Of a stretch of DNA of 64,000 nucleotides, positions 13,337 to 28,163 are shown one piece after another. Each line of letters starts with the position of its first letter. The first letter of the stretch is position 1. Under the pieces are notes generated by a model, which saw only the letters and a program-made list of their open reading frames with translations, searched no databases and was not told the DNA's origin. Both the position numbers and the translations under genes were made by a program. This DNA comes from Balanoglossus misakiensis. Taxonomy: Eukaryota; Animalia; Hemichordata. The stretch is taken from positions 13,918,304-13,982,303 of the forward strand of contig CM082578.2 in NCBI GenBank assembly GCA_040954595.2, read 5' to 3'.

Positions 13337-16300
13337 AATGTACAAACTCCAACTCTTTAGCAACAGTTAATGTTCTGTTGTATGGGCTGTATGTTTTGAA
13401 AGACAGAGTTACTTTGTTGAAATTTGATCTCTTGAAGTCCTTTGATATCTGATTGCTTCAGAATTACACTTCCAATCAATGTCTGAATATGGAGACTTTT
13501 TTTTTTTCAAATTTCTTCAATGATTTTCAATAAGCCATGAAGTTTATGGGCAGTGGATTCTACGATATTGCGTGACTAGTTCTCATTAGGAAAATGAATT
13601 TAAGTTTTCATAATGATCGAAGACAAGATTAAAGGATCAGACTGCAGTGACAAAATACCCACAGTCCAAACGTACCAACAGTTAAAATGAAGACAAACTG
13701 TATGACCATTCTCACGATATTTTTTCCAAGACGTCAATATGAAGAGTGACTGGCATTTCGTGTACAATGTTGTGTTAATCATGAAGTAAAAACTATGATG
13801 TAGCAATTGGCCAATCACAATGCTCCATTCAGGGGACTGTATATCCACTCACATGTTTGAACTGGTTCAGTAGGGTGTAACTGATTCAGCGGGCAGCTTT
13901 ACAAAACTCCAATGACATGTGAGACACAAAAGGCTTAATTTTAGCCGTTGAAAATGGCTAATGTTTTCTCGCATAAGAAATGACAGATGAGAAAGAATTG
14001 AGAGTGGGAGAGAGCCACTGAACCGTGATTATCAGACGCCTTGAGGAAGAAGAAAATGTTTCCACATTTGTTGGAACTCACGGGCAACGGTTGATTGGTT
14101 AATCCAATAAACCTGTCAAGCGCAAGTCATGCGAAGAATGTCATTTTATTCCTGTGTTTCGGAAGCGCGAGACGCGTGTTTGAGCAGCATTTTATCACAA
14201 ATAGGCTACAAACACTTTCAAACATACAGTCATGCGTTGTCTGCAGTCGGTAATAAATCACTTTACCAAACTGGCACATTAAGGAGGCTCAACATCTCAC
14301 AGGACGTTCACGCGATAGTGTTGCAGTCAAAAAGTGAACGCTTTTAAATTGTCTGGGCAAAACAATGGGAGACGGAGATAAAAAGCATGCACTGATGTTT
14401 ATCAAATAAATGATTTCTGAGACACACGTTTAATGTATAATATAACCTTTGATGAATTTTGAAGCAGTCACACACAACCAAGTACCAGATTACAATATCT
14501 GTAAGGCATCTCCTAGTCACTGACCCTCTCATTTCCTACAGCAGGGGAATAAATTTTCATGTGGCTAATGCTCAAGGAACATCGTAAGTACCACCTTAAA
14601 TTTATAAGAGCCTGTAGCCTTTTGCAGACACATCAGGTCTTTGAATACAATTTTAATAGGGAACCTTTTATGGCAATATAGGATGGAGCAAAATGATGCT
14701 GCGACCCCTCCCTGCCCTCTTCTGGTGAATCCCTCTACTTAACTTGTTATTGCTGAAGGCGACCTCCAGTTCCAAAGCCCTTCATGTACAGCAGCAATAC
14801 ATCGACGTGCATCATGTCTTGGTATCAAGTTTGGACAAAAGGGGTTCATGCATGGCTGAGTATTGACTCCATATGACCGCATGAGATGAAGTACTGGGGG
14901 ATTAATTAAAATTTTGGTTCGGGAAAGTAAAGATCATAGAAAACAGGATATTATTTTTAATGCATACATTTTAACTCTTAGGTAATATGAATTTAAATTT
15001 GCTGATGGATCTGAAACGTAGATGAAGATGTGAAATTAATTCCCGACTTCAGAGTTTAAACCTCAAGTACAGCATCCTGTACCATTATTGTCATCATTGA
15101 GTGATGTGTATCTGCTCATATTGGCACGTACATTCATACATACATACACGTATGTAATAATACTCCAGGCTAACATATAGCCATACTGTACGGTATATAT
15201 TTCTTGTAATATAATATAAAGTTACTCCAATAAACATGTGGCAGTGGCCCCTATAGTCGCCACAATAGTTATTATCCAATAACGTCAAATCTCAATTTAA
15301 CAGTTCTATAACAGAAATATTGCTTTTATGGCGTCTCTTGGCCAGTCGATAGGAAATGGTGAGTTTGGAACAAGCCCAGCCGAATGCAATCACTCTAAAT
15401 TACTCTTAGATAACGTTTACGAGTGTGTGATCTGAAACTAATGATCGCTGCAGGACTCACCCTCGATAAGAATATTCCGTGACTGATTTCCTTGATTGAA
15501 ACGCATAAATCTGATATAAAGTTTGTAAAACTCCATCCTCATCGGTGTTGGCTATGTTACTTCTCCACTCTCAATTTATTCATTCAAACGACACCGAGAA
15601 ACTTAATCCTACGATTGTAAATCAACCTCACCGAAGAGAATTTAGAAAGGTCTGTGTCTGCGTAATCTATAAGGATCCAAATGGTTTAACGCATATTGAT
15701 AGAGTGCAGATGCAGCAACATCGAAAAAAGTTGAACTGTAAACGGTTCTGGAATCATATAATTGTTAATTGGCAATCTTTCAACGCTTGACGTTGTGAAA
15801 AAAAAAAGTGATCAGACACTTCCACAAGGGTACACATCTTTCTTCAAGTTGTCACAATTTTGATCTAGCTTCGCAGAATTAAGTTTTCGGCTTTCGTTTT
15901 CTTCTAGTTTGCAATTTATACACTCAAATATATACAGAATAAGTTCTGTGCCGTGCGTCACTCGGTTCCGCTTGACTTGATTCCAGTAGAATTAATTGAT
16001 ATAGTCCAGAATTCGAATCTAGCCAGTGTTGTCAGGTAGATCAGCAAAATTTAGGTTTCTGGAACCTGAATCACAGGCTAGATTCTAGACTATGATTATT
16101 TAGAAGGAACCGTGATGTCATTTCAAGATTTAAGTTGCTTTCAATTCTCCGACAAGAAAAAAAGGAGACAATCCAGACTATGCGAAATGAAATATAGAGT
16201 AAGAAGATTTGCGCGCAGATTTATTGAGCAATGATAATACTGGAAATCATAGGTGTGACATACTGATAATTGAGTTATTTTTTTAGCGATTGCAACACTT

Positions 16301-18174
16301 GTTGCAAGCAATTACTCAGACGGTCTGCCGCGTGGCATTTCTTATTCTCGAGTATCTGTGATCCTAAAATTCCAACTGCGCGTGCATGACTTTTGCCATA
16401 ATCTAATTACAGAAGTAGCATGCGTTACTATAACCGCCACAAATGACAACGCGTTTGACCGAGTAGACCCAAAACGACATTCCACAGGCGACATCGACAA
16501 GGTGGGGATGTGACGGTTTGAATTTACATATAAATAACGGTGGCACAGGGTACCCAGGAAGCAGAATAGACCTGCCCTGAAGCTTTTGTATTCCAATCAC
16601 TGTTTTGGAACTGTGACAGCAATGCACACAGCGTGTACCGATCCCCTGTGTCCTAAAACTTTATACGCTCTCTGCACCATACCAACAATGTAAATTAACA
16701 CGCCCGTTGCCGGTTGATAGCATTTGGTTGTATCGATGATTTTTTCCCTATTTTACTACCAGGCATACATTATTGAGTGGACTATGATACAATCTCTCTA
16801 ACAGGTTGCTTCTAGTTCACTGTTGTACTTACTTCACTGTTCTATAGAAATCAAACCCCTTCAAAATAGAAAATACAAACTGAGATTATATTTCAAAGGT
16901 AAATTTCAATTATGTTAAAGAATGAGTTGGAGCCGAATCCCAATTTTATCGGTCACATGTAGTCTGAAAACACACATTCAACAAATTAAATGTAGTATTA
17001 GTGTAATTTAAAAGACAATCATATAATCGATTTTAATAGCTTTCAAGAATTGGGCCATCGTGTTTCTAATTTAAATCCAGCCAGCCACATCGTACACTGT
17101 CGACTGTCAAACGACGTGATGCCCTACTTGCTCTGTGTTATATCAATGACTCAGTGTGCACCCGCGATTTTGTACACTATTTTAGTATTTAGATTCAGGG
17201 CGATCTGCGCGATCTCCAGTGACCTTCGACCTTTACCTCCTATAACAAGTTACACTTCTTAATAACAGTGTTGAGAGTCAATATAAAAGTGTTTCTCGCG
17301 ACGGCTGCGATTAATCAGAAACGGAGGAGGCACACATTGTGCCGTAAAACGTTGATTTCAAGGTATTCCCTCTGGTGACGCACTACAAAGACATTTCATC
17401 TTTTGCCGTCGTAAAGTGGGCACAAGGAGCTGACAACTGAGACCCGACTGCGCACCCAAAGCTGACTCAGTGAATGCTAGCCATGTGGCGACGACTCCTG
17501 AAACTGCACTGACTTTTCAAGGCAATTATGCAAAAACTGCAAAATGTCGACGGCGGCGTGGTTCGTTACAACTCGACTTGTCACAGAGGAATCGCTTCCT
17601 TTGAGTGGGTTAAAGTATACGATATCTAGCCGTAGGGCTTATTGAACGCACGAGAAGTTGTTTCCGCCAAACGCAGTCATATTTCATGAGGCTATTACGG
17701 TACACGCCTATAGGCCTATATTTTTCTTAATAAGAACTCTAGCTTAGATCTTGTTTCCCTATATGAAAATCACATTATTTTATTTATGCCGAGATATTGT
17801 TCACATGGTTAGTGAACATCAGACACAGCATCTACATATATTCTACTCAATATTTCAGTGGAAAAAAAAACGGTTTTCTAACAGAAAATGTTCAAATACT
17901 TTTGGGAGTATAACAAAAGTTCATTTAGCACTAAATCATTTTATACCTACACCTTGCAGACGCTTTAAGTATGGACTGTGGAAACAAAATTATCTGACAT
18001 TAGCCATGTAGCGAAAATTCAAAAGACTTGCCAAGAAGTGTGAAAACTGAAGGGAAAAAGACAGTCTTAAAAATTCTGAAACAAGATGGCGAACGCTTTG
18101 TCTCTGTTGAGGTCAAATAATTTGCAAACAAGAATACACAGGTAGCAAACATAGCAGTACGAAGGATTTGCACA

Positions 18175-18212
18175 TTTTCTGAAAATCTGTCCCCAAGGCA
18201 CATTCGTCTTCA
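18175..18212 (-). mobile_element. Second, inverted fragment of the repeat seen at 3367-3410
   Basis: ttttctgaaaatctgtccccaaggca is the reverse complement of 3379-3404 with 2 mismatches. Confidence 0.45.
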
Positions 18213-21200
18213 AGATTTATTCTGCTGTTTTGCCCATTTGTCGCAGAAAGATAAATTACGACCATTAATGTGTATATTATACGTAGGTGTACGATTAACC
18301 CGAGAGCACGCATTCCTACATTTTAAAGAACAATTATGGCAACTTTGAATAAGAACGGTATAAACTGATGACCGTGTGATCCTGACAAGCCATTGCCTGT
18401 TGTCCTACTGGAATAGTACTATAGGAGAACTACTGGACTTCTATTGATAAGCTTTGTTACTTTGATCATAACGGGTTTCACGAACACCACCTATGACGGA
18501 GTGCTTGCTTTTTTGACGGCAGCAGTCTCGCATGGGCAGCACGCGTTAGTGTAACTATGGAATCAGACAACCACGCCACAGACAACAGACTTGTCCGAGT
18601 TATAACCTACAATGGCGGCTTGATGATTCTTTTCAATAAGTAGTCACTTGAGATATAGACATTAAGTGAGAGGATTTAAAGGCTACTAAAGAGAACGTGT
18701 CCAGAGTTTGGGATGTTGCCCAATGTAAAGTCTTCAATCCAAATTCTGATCAAATGCAGGAAGAAATCTTCCATTTCCCTGTGTTTGTTCGTTTGAAATG
18801 ACGGACGGTTATTGAACAGTAGTGTTTTGGATGTGTCTTGAAGATGACATCCTCATGTCTAACCCATGCATGTCTTCTCTTGCATTGCGATTGCATGGAG
18901 AGAAGTGCGATGCTTTGTATTCACTGGGACTAGCTGGGTAACAGCGTGGCATAAAATATGATTGATATTATAAGACGTCCAATCTCTAGCACTGTAAATT
19001 TAAAAAGTTCTGTAACAGCGTCTTTTCACATTATTTTCATGTCAAATTTTGATTGGAAACTATGATTACAAGATGTCATTGTGCATACTAACAGACATTT
19101 GCTTGCTTGTCGCGACATATGTAAAGAAATGGATGGGTGAACTCGGGTTAGTCTGGTTCCCTGAACTTTGCTGCTGCGCTCATGAAAAGGGTCCAATATC
19201 CAGTCATTGGCCAGAAATAGTTGTTACATGTATCCAAAATAAAAAACACTGAAGATGCCGAGAATTCTATATTTTACCATTGGGCAAAATCGTGTTGTAC
19301 AAGTAGAACGTGCACGTGTGTGCCATTAAGGTGCCCGTCCGGTCGATCTGACCTGTTGCAATCTATTGCCTCTCTCTGTCCCAGCTCCATCTGATTGGGA
19401 GAGCATGTATACATGGCGTAATGGCCAAATGTCAGTTATGTTTTCACGAATCTCTGCTCATTTATCAATGTCTACACCCTTGCGTTGAAAAAGTCAGAGT
19501 AAATATTTTCTTCTTTATACCCGTATGCATTAGGTTATACATGAACCAAGGTATTAGTACTCTACATATCTTGAACACATTCTCCTAACCGCCGAGTACC
19601 ATGAATATAAACACAGCGCACCATTAGAAGAAACGACATCGATTTAATAAGAAGTTTCCCCGTCTCATCCCACGAGAAATAAACATGGCTAGCTGCACTT
19701 AACAGTTGATGCCGGCAACAGAGTTATTCCATTAATGGCAACAAAATTGGATGGACCAAGCATCATTCTGGATAGTCAATTTCCTTCTAAAGTGCTTTTT
19801 ACCGTTTTTGGGGTAGCAAACAGTTCGAGCAATGTAGACAGGAACTGGTGGCAATCTGAGAAACATGCAATTCAGCTCGTCCAACTTGCACGCAAGACAC
19901 ATCTGGATGGGGGAATATAAAACTTACATCACAGACACATACGATCCTCCCCTTGAAACATTAGCACGCACTATTGGAACTAACACAAACCATCAACTTC
20001 CAATTTTTCTACAGATTCTGTCCTGAAATGTAATACTTGCATTTCCATGTAATAGAAATTCCTGTTTAACATGTCTTTGTGTTATCCCTTTAGACCTTCC
20101 GAAGACCACAGACATGGAATCTGGGCTAAGACCTACTTCATCGTTTGACTGGCCTTTTGAATTCAACGAGTCTTTGAGGTGTCAATTTGAAGTTGTTGGC
20201 CTATCACTACCGCTATGCCAAATAACCTCCCAGACAGAGCAGTATACTAGCAAGTGCCGATGACATCCATATTGTCAAAGCGAACTAAAAGCTTTTACTT
20301 ATGGCCACGGTGCCAGAGCCAGTACTTCATATGGTACTAAGAGCTGTCTACATTACAAGGAAGGGCAACAGCATTACAGATGTCACAAAGTGGAAACACC
20401 CTCACTGCTAAAAAAATTACAATTACAACTTGAAATAGCAATTATCTGCTTATCCCCGATGTTTCGCGGATAAAACGAGACCAAGGAATAATAGCCGGCC
20501 GTCAATTCATCCACGACATTATTGAGACATCCGACATGTCTGGCAGACGCTATCGATCATCCTGGCTGCACTACAGACACCATTACTCCATAGCAACAGT
20601 ATCCGGGAGAAAATATTACATTCAGGAACTGGAATTACATCTTTGTTTAAACTGGCTTGCTTCCCTTGGATGTAATCTAAAAGAAGATATTGATTTCCAG
20701 TTACTCGGGATGTCTTGGGAATTTTACAGGAGCTCTGCTGAATCTACTGATCGTTTCAGCATTTGAGAAACATTTTAAAAGCGTCTCAGAGTCCACCTTT
20801 ACCCCGACGTTGCACTTTGCACGATTTTAAAGTTGATTGCAAACATGAATATATCCATTATTCCCCTTTAAGTAATAAAAACGAGGACAACTTTCACCTA
20901 TCACTCTTGTTCGTCGATGATCTATGTTTTACACACTGACGATATAGCCCTGAATCGCGTCGCGATATATAAATAAACATATATTAACCTCCTTCACCAA
21001 ATAAAATGTGTATATCAGTAGATCGCTGGAATTCTAATTGGAATATCGCCCCGAAGGAACATTTCGATTTTTTTCACGCGTGTTTCATTATTCACATATT
21101 CCTGAAAACACCCCTGACGGTATACCCCTCTCTCGACTATCCCGCCAATTCCATTGCCCACTTTTAAGACTTCTTTTCACTTTTGAACATGGCTATACTG

Positions 21201-22462
21201 TATGAAGATGTACTTTCATCATAATTCTGTACTATCAGAGATTCGATAGAAAACGTAGTACTTTGATGTCTTCAAGACATCCATTTTTTGCCTATATAGG
21301 CCTATCTGATGCCACCATACAAAGTGACATATGTTCTTTTTTCTGAAAAGTGCATTGTATACACTTCTCTAGAACTTTTCAATATGACACTTACACTTCT
21401 AGCAATGTCACCCACAATATTTTATTTCAGGATCTTATATCAACCGCACAATCTACCATTAGGATTGTAGGAGTGCATTTATACATATTTATTTTTACAT
21501 CATTGATTTTCCAATGTATGACCAGCTACAGCTGGCCCTTGTCAAGTACGCAGTTTACTTTACGTCTATTCTAAACCAATGTCAATTGACCGATTCAATT
21601 TCATTTTTAGCTCTTGTGTTCTCACTCTGAAGCTAATATTATCCAGATATTTTTTTCTGTGTGTGTTGTGTGTGTGCGCGCGCCTGCGAACAAATATCGA
21701 ACAGGTTCGTGAAATAAATTGCTAATTCGCATAGTTTTCGGGATATGCTTTAAAAAAGGAAACATTCAGTTCTGATGTTGCATTTTGCTCGTGACAGCTC
21801 ATCTGTCGTACAGCTCCTCAAAGATCTCTAATGCCATAATGAGAGTAGGAAACGTGTGAATTCTAAGAATCGGCGACATGTGTCATCAAACTTGCCTCAA
21901 AGTCATACAGGTGACAACTGAAGAAAGAAGGAGACTCCTTCGAGCTTTGTATATTGTAAGGGGAATACTTTATACAAAATTTGCGCTGACATTAGTGACA
22001 ATAACCCGCCTGCCCATTCACAACACATCCATGTTGTTCCAGTAGAATGACACCCAGTACAGACGTGACAATCGCAAATTTGCAAGCTTGAACAACTCTG
22101 TATCCCCAGTCTAAAAAACAGACTATTGAATTGTTGGTGGGAGCATGCCTAAGGCTTAAAGGAAGGATTGTGACATCTTGTAAAAATATTGAGTGTCGCA
22201 GTAAGGATGTAGATGTAACTTTTTTTCCTTTCCTCTCTGACATCATTTTGTCGAAAGAAGCGTCAATGTATTGACTGGGATCACAATAAACTCTAACTAA
22301 CTAACCATAGGAACTGTCTGGGTGAACATTTTACTTATTTTAAGTGTGTGATGACTTAATTGATCAATTCAGAGCTGTTTTTGAAGTACTCCGCGTGTTG
22401 GATAGTGCTGGCTGTACAAAATGATAGACACTAAGCAGACAGACCTTTCTAACTCTCTATTG

Positions 22463-22512
22463 CTCTCTCTTTCTTTCTTTCTTTCTTTCTTTCCATCCAT
22501 CCACCCATCCAT
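22463..22512. repeat. Compound microsatellite (CT)n(CTTT)n(CCAT)n
   Basis: Read directly: ctctctctttctttctttctttctttctttccatccatccacccatccat. Confidence 0.9.
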
Positions 22513-23180
22513 GTCTGCATGCTAACTATGTCCCTATCAAACAACCCGATGCTACGTAGTACCCATCCATCCACCTGTCAAACCAGCGAAAGTGTTACCT
22601 ACATGTACCCACCTCGTCAGTCATGCCAAACTTAACAAGACAAGGTGCTAGTCTCTCTTGGAGGTTTAAACGACGTTTGATAATGCATCATGACTTGATT
22701 TAGGTCAATGACTTTAAATTGCAGACAGTCTGAAGATACTGCGATAGACTGAACGGAGCATTGCATTATCACAAAATCAAGAGATCATGAACCAGTTGCC
22801 GCCAAAATGAACTTAGACAAATCATGTTACTAGAGAAAGAAAGGTAAATGACAACAGGCAAGTGGGAAGACAGGATTGATAAAAATCGGTATTCATCGTT
22901 TCCATGTATTTGCAGAGCTCGAAATTGGCTCAGGACCAGTCATGAATTTTCCACATAGGTCAATGGAAACGTTCAGCAAAATATTCCTTTTATATCCATT
23001 GGGCCATCCGAATCCTCTTTGACCTCAGGCAGAACAAGGTCACTTTCTGCATTGGTTAAATTTTCGTGCAGAAAAATCCAATGAATTTTAAGGCGTCCAC
23101 TAGCGCCCTCGGTGGTAATTTTGACAAAATTGACGTCTCTGTATACATTTGCCAGGGGGACGTTGAAACTCGGCACTTTA

Positions 23181-23989
23181 GGCTGCATTCACAAACACCT
23201 CTGGAGGGGGGGGCAGGAGAATTGAGGGGGGGGATTTGAAAAAATTGAGGGTATGTAAGGGGGGGGATTTGAAATAATTTAGGGACTGAAAGGGGGGGGG
23301 ACTTGAAAACTTTAACGACTAAATATTTATTTTGAGTCCACAAAAATGCAGTTTCGCGCCCTTTATTTTACAAAATTTTCTAATGTGGGAGGGGGACACC
23401 CCCTCCCACACCCACCCCCTCCATTCTTCAACACCTTTCAATCATTGACTGGTTTATCTAGTGTCCCAGGTCAGGGGACTTGCCCCCAGCCCATGATAAC
23501 TTTGAGCGGCGACGGTTAAATTTGTCCTCCCCAACATACCGGTAGTTGAGTTAATTTGCTTTTGCCGCGTTCATTAAAATGCAGTTTTGAGCTCTGTATT
23601 TTATACAATTTTTTTACGTGGGAGGGGGACACCCCCTCCCATACCAACCCCCTTCAATTCTCGGTTTACAATGTCTCCCAACACAGAATACAAATATATG
23701 TACTTAAAAAATAAAAACAATGTGCAGTTTTAATACCCACTGATGAGGGGAAACATCAGTTTCAAATTCTTTTCATGGGAGCGCTGTTTTTCTTTTTACA
23801 AGATAGATAGGTGATGTGTTTTGCTCTGTGAAAGAAAATGGGAGGGGGGGATTTCAAAATTTTGGCAGTTCGGAAGGGGGGGATTTGAAAATATTGGCAG
23901 TTCGGAAGGGGGGCATGTGAAAATTAGCGGTAAAAAAAATTGAATTCTCCCGCCCCCCCCCCCCTCCAGAGGTGTTTGTGAAGGCAGCC
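23181..23989. mobile_element. Non-autonomous DNA transposon (MITE-like), probably PIF/Harbinger superfamily, 809 bp
   Basis: Left end GGCTGCATTCACAAACACCTCTGGAGGGGGGGGCAGGAGAATT and right end AATTCTCCCGCCCCCCCCCCCCCTCCAGAGGTGTTTGTGAAGGCAGCC form ~43-47 bp TIRs. TTA flanks both sides (23178-23180, 23990-23992), the 3-bp TWA duplication typical of PIF/Harbinger. No transposase ORF. Confidence 0.88.
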
Positions 23990-26900
23990 TTACAACAAAA
24001 TTACACGACAGTCTGTGAGTGTCACCATTGGGAATTTTGAATGCATCTCACACTGTTCTGTCCAACATCACTGCGTATCCCACGGTCAGTCCTATCAAGC
24101 ATCGCACGTCAGGTCTCAAAATATTAAGCTCTGTCTAAAATAAATACATGTACGTCACAAACAATAATATATATTTCTTTGAGTAGGCATTTGGTTGTCT
24201 GGTTGCCAGAGCGGCCAGAATAAAATGTTTCCAGAGGACATACACAGGATTATCGAACTGAACAAGGAAGTCTCAAAGTATGCACAGAGTTCTGATGTGT
24301 GTTCTTTACAAAGTACACCAGTAAAGCTAACAAAAATATGTTCGAACTATTGCCCTCTTCTTGGAATCAATGTAACGGCTGTTACGGATATAACCTCGGG
24401 CCTGTCAGTCAGTCAGTTGGTAGACGTACTTATACATGCATTTAATAATCTGCCATGATGCTTTAGGCAGTCTAAATAACTTCTCAGAGTGAATGGGGTA
24501 TATGTTCAATTTAAACGGCATTAGTGTCAAAAATATAAAATTTAACCCCAGCCTTTATATTAAAGGAAGCCGTCTCAGTGCGGCGGGGATTAAACGATTA
24601 TACGGGGGGAAAAGAAAAGGGGACGTGTATATTCTTTAGAGATAGGACTCATCTGATTTCCCTTTCCTAACGATCCGACGTTGCCGGATGGCTTATGGTG
24701 AATGCGATGAATGACCTGTAATGTTGCTATCAGGTTTTGGATAATTCATTGTACGTACACGGGATAGAATTTCCTTTCCGGGCACCGATTGGAAACATGG
24801 ATACTCAAATCAAAGTGACACCAGCGTGAGCATGCGTAACCAGAACCCGGCACTTCTTTGAAGAATATGACACCGCCAGATTTACCTTGTCCTCCCCCCT
24901 GCAGCTGGTGATTTGTACACTGCTCTGATTTCACATTCAAAGCCCGTCTCTCTGGATAGAGAGAAAGCCTATTTCATGCCTCGTAGCGCATCACCATCGC
25001 AGCTAATCATCGTAGGGTACGTTCTAGTTACTGAGACTTGAGTAACGTTAGTCGCTGTTCAAATGATCGAAAAGTTCGGAGAACATACATTTAATGATGC
25101 ATCTGGGTCACAGAGAAAGTCAAGTAATCTTACTTTTGAACGCTGTAATTTGACACTGACTCAAATAATGACAATGTAATAGATATGACCATGAAAAAGC
25201 TAATCGCTGTAAAGAGTACTTTCCGTCGTCAGGGGGCGCTATAGGAGTACGCTGGCCAACAGTTCAAAAGCTCTGTGATATCAAAGCACTACACATCCGT
25301 GTATTTTAAGTGTGTTAATTCATATGGTTTTTGTAAGGGATGGGGAAATGGGCTGGTTGAGGTACTTAAAGCAAGCACAGGCATTAATCAAAGTACAATC
25401 CTTGTGCGATCCACACCGCTGGCGCTCACCACTGATTTGTTCTATTAAAATTTGTGAAGAGGGTATATATACGAGAATGTTCACAACATACATTCTTCCA
25501 GGGGTGGCGGAGAGGGTTTTTGCAAGACAATCGCCCTAAATCATTATGCTAATATGAACCTTAGATTAGATTGTGTGTATACAGGTCAAAGGGTGCTTGA
25601 TGGACAGTGATGAAGATAAGTTATTTGTTTCTCTATGTACCCTCTGCGATAAGACTCATGCAAAGTGATAGGTTGGGAAGCGGGGAGGGAATTGGGAGAA
25701 AATAAAGGAGAAAAGTTTATAAACGGCAAGATTTTGCAATCGCAATGACTGTGGGGCAATAGCAGTACATCCAAAGCACGGGAGAGAATTCACAACTGCT
25801 GTCGCGCCGAATTCAACATAATTCAGGTAATCATATGCAAATGTTTCTTAATGGGTAGCACTTAGTGGGTTATGTAACTCAGTAACAGTAAGCCACTATT
25901 TATTACACTGTATCATGTGTATTGATCGCTGCTAGTCTGTGGGTGAGACAATTGTGGTGCAACTGTTAAAAATCTCCCACCGGCTCTTCTCTGTATACAC
26001 TGTATAAGCGCTGCGACTTATTTTCTATTTGTCTGAGTTTTGAACAGGGCTTTGTTTGGATGATCGCTTCGAGGAAGCGAACCAAAACTTCTGGAATCTG
26101 CTTCGTCCAAATCAACACTGCAGCAGCTATAACCGCATCATTACGTGGAACACCCCTCTCGGATTTCTCGGAAAACGTCTGTACATAGTCGGAAGGGGAG
26201 ATGGAAACACAAGCTGTACAAATCTGATACTAATCTCACGTTTCCGTTTCCTGGCTTTGTTCTCGAGACACACAATTCAAGTTTCAGTGAATTCGTGATA
26301 GTCGTGCTACCTGGAGTCACATTCGCTGCGCAAGCTGCAATTAACATTAACCTGTTCGATCAGTAACACAGAGCTAACCATGTACAGGAATTTCCCTCCA
26401 AACAAGACCCAGAACTCGGGTAAGTTTTCCAACTCTGGTAAACGTGTTATATAATCAAAAATATGTGGACTAAGGGTGGAATTACCCATGTTAGTATCAG
26501 CATCCGTGGTATAGGGAACAAAAAAATCCATTGGGTTTACTACACTGTGCCATTTCTGTATTTAAATATCAGCTGATCTGATACACTTTTCATATCAATG
26601 CATCTAATTGTAACATGTGCATGTGTGAGTTGCTACACCCACGATTCCACGATCAAGTACATTTCAGTCGGCGATCAGATGTCATGCCTGAGTCTCAATT
26701 GTGTTTGATCTGGGTACTGATCTATTGTTATGAGCACAGAAGCAAACACAATATATGAAAATTAAACATATTGTCTGTGTAGGAAAGCGTTTATTTGGAA
26801 ACAAAAGGTTCGGCTTGGTATAATAAAAGGCCCTTAAGTGCCTATTTAAGAGCGCATTGAGTCCCATTCTTTATCGAATGCTTTGAAAACATGAAATATG

Positions 26901-28163
26901 TTTGTATGGAGAGCGGCTAAATACCGTGTTACACATCCCGCAGGAATTTATGTATCCGGCATTCCCTTGTTATTGTGAATTTAATTACGTTTGCACTTTT
27001 AATTCTTCAAAATTCAATTTGCATCCAAAATTAAATTCAGTTATCTGCAAAGCATGGCCTTGAATTAAACCATGATTGAATATCAACGTCTGAGTGTCGT
27101 TATTCACGCACATGCTTAAACTAGATTAATGCAGTTACCTTTCATTATAACTCGTTTTTTCCCACATTTCCAATGTTTTTTATGGCTTCTTTCAATTGTT
27201 TTGAATAGGGGTTGCTGCATGGGTTCGAAATGTCAACTTTTGAAATAAGACTCAAAAATGGCTGCCCATTGTGTCATAGTGCCAAAATACAGATCTGCTG
27301 ATACTGGCTTTTCAAACAAACTCATTAAAAATGTTGGCAACTTGAACGATACGTGTGTACGGTATATCGCGATGGTGACGTGTTACTATATGCACTTTGT
27401 TTATTCCAAAGGGAGGACGCAGTCTCTAACAGCAAATTATAACTGTTCTCCATAAACATGCTTCAGTGATCATCCCACAAAGTTGAAACACAAAAAGGGA
27501 AATTGTATTCCGCTTCACTATTGTCTACCGTATTCGTTCTGTGCATTGATCGCACTTCGCACAATTAAAAGGACAAATGAGAGAGCTGTTTGTCGTTAAG
27601 AGGATTAGCCTAACTTTGTTTATTTGCCCAAGGTCACATGAAACTGGTCCTGGACATGCACAAGCAAACAATTAAAATAAACCACAGACGCCTGAGAAAG
27701 AGATAAACCCTACCAGAAACAGCAGGGTGTTAGGCGTGTACAGTACCAGTACCTTAATTATAAACATCACCTACTACCAATTGTCATGGCAACGTCGACA
27801 CGCTGATCGATTCCTCTTTCTATATTTACAATCATTCGAGGATTAGCAACTGTCCATATGTTGGGCTAAACAAAAACGAAACACTGGTTTACAACCAAAC
27901 AAAGTGCTGGCAGTGACAGGGGCCGGCATGTGGCGGGAACCTGTTATAGCGATGAAACCATGTGACCGTGTACGAAGCTGCTGTATTCACACGTTTTTCA
28001 ACAGTCCTGGCTGCGTTTAGTAGAGATGTTCAAACTCTTGCTCACCGACTAACATTCAACATCATAGATTGTACAAAGTCAGAATGGTTTATATTTTTAC
28101 AAGGTGTACACGTTTACTTCCCATGCCGTTGGAATTATTTAATGACTGTCTTCTAAGGGCCCG

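Noticed and set aside
12972-13352. 126-aa ORF with YIHT repeats
   Set aside because: Translation of the (TATG)n microsatellite.
22973-23343. ORFs at the MITE left end as a possible transposase
   Set aside because: Short, driven by G/C homopolymers, crossing the element boundary, with no DDE features.
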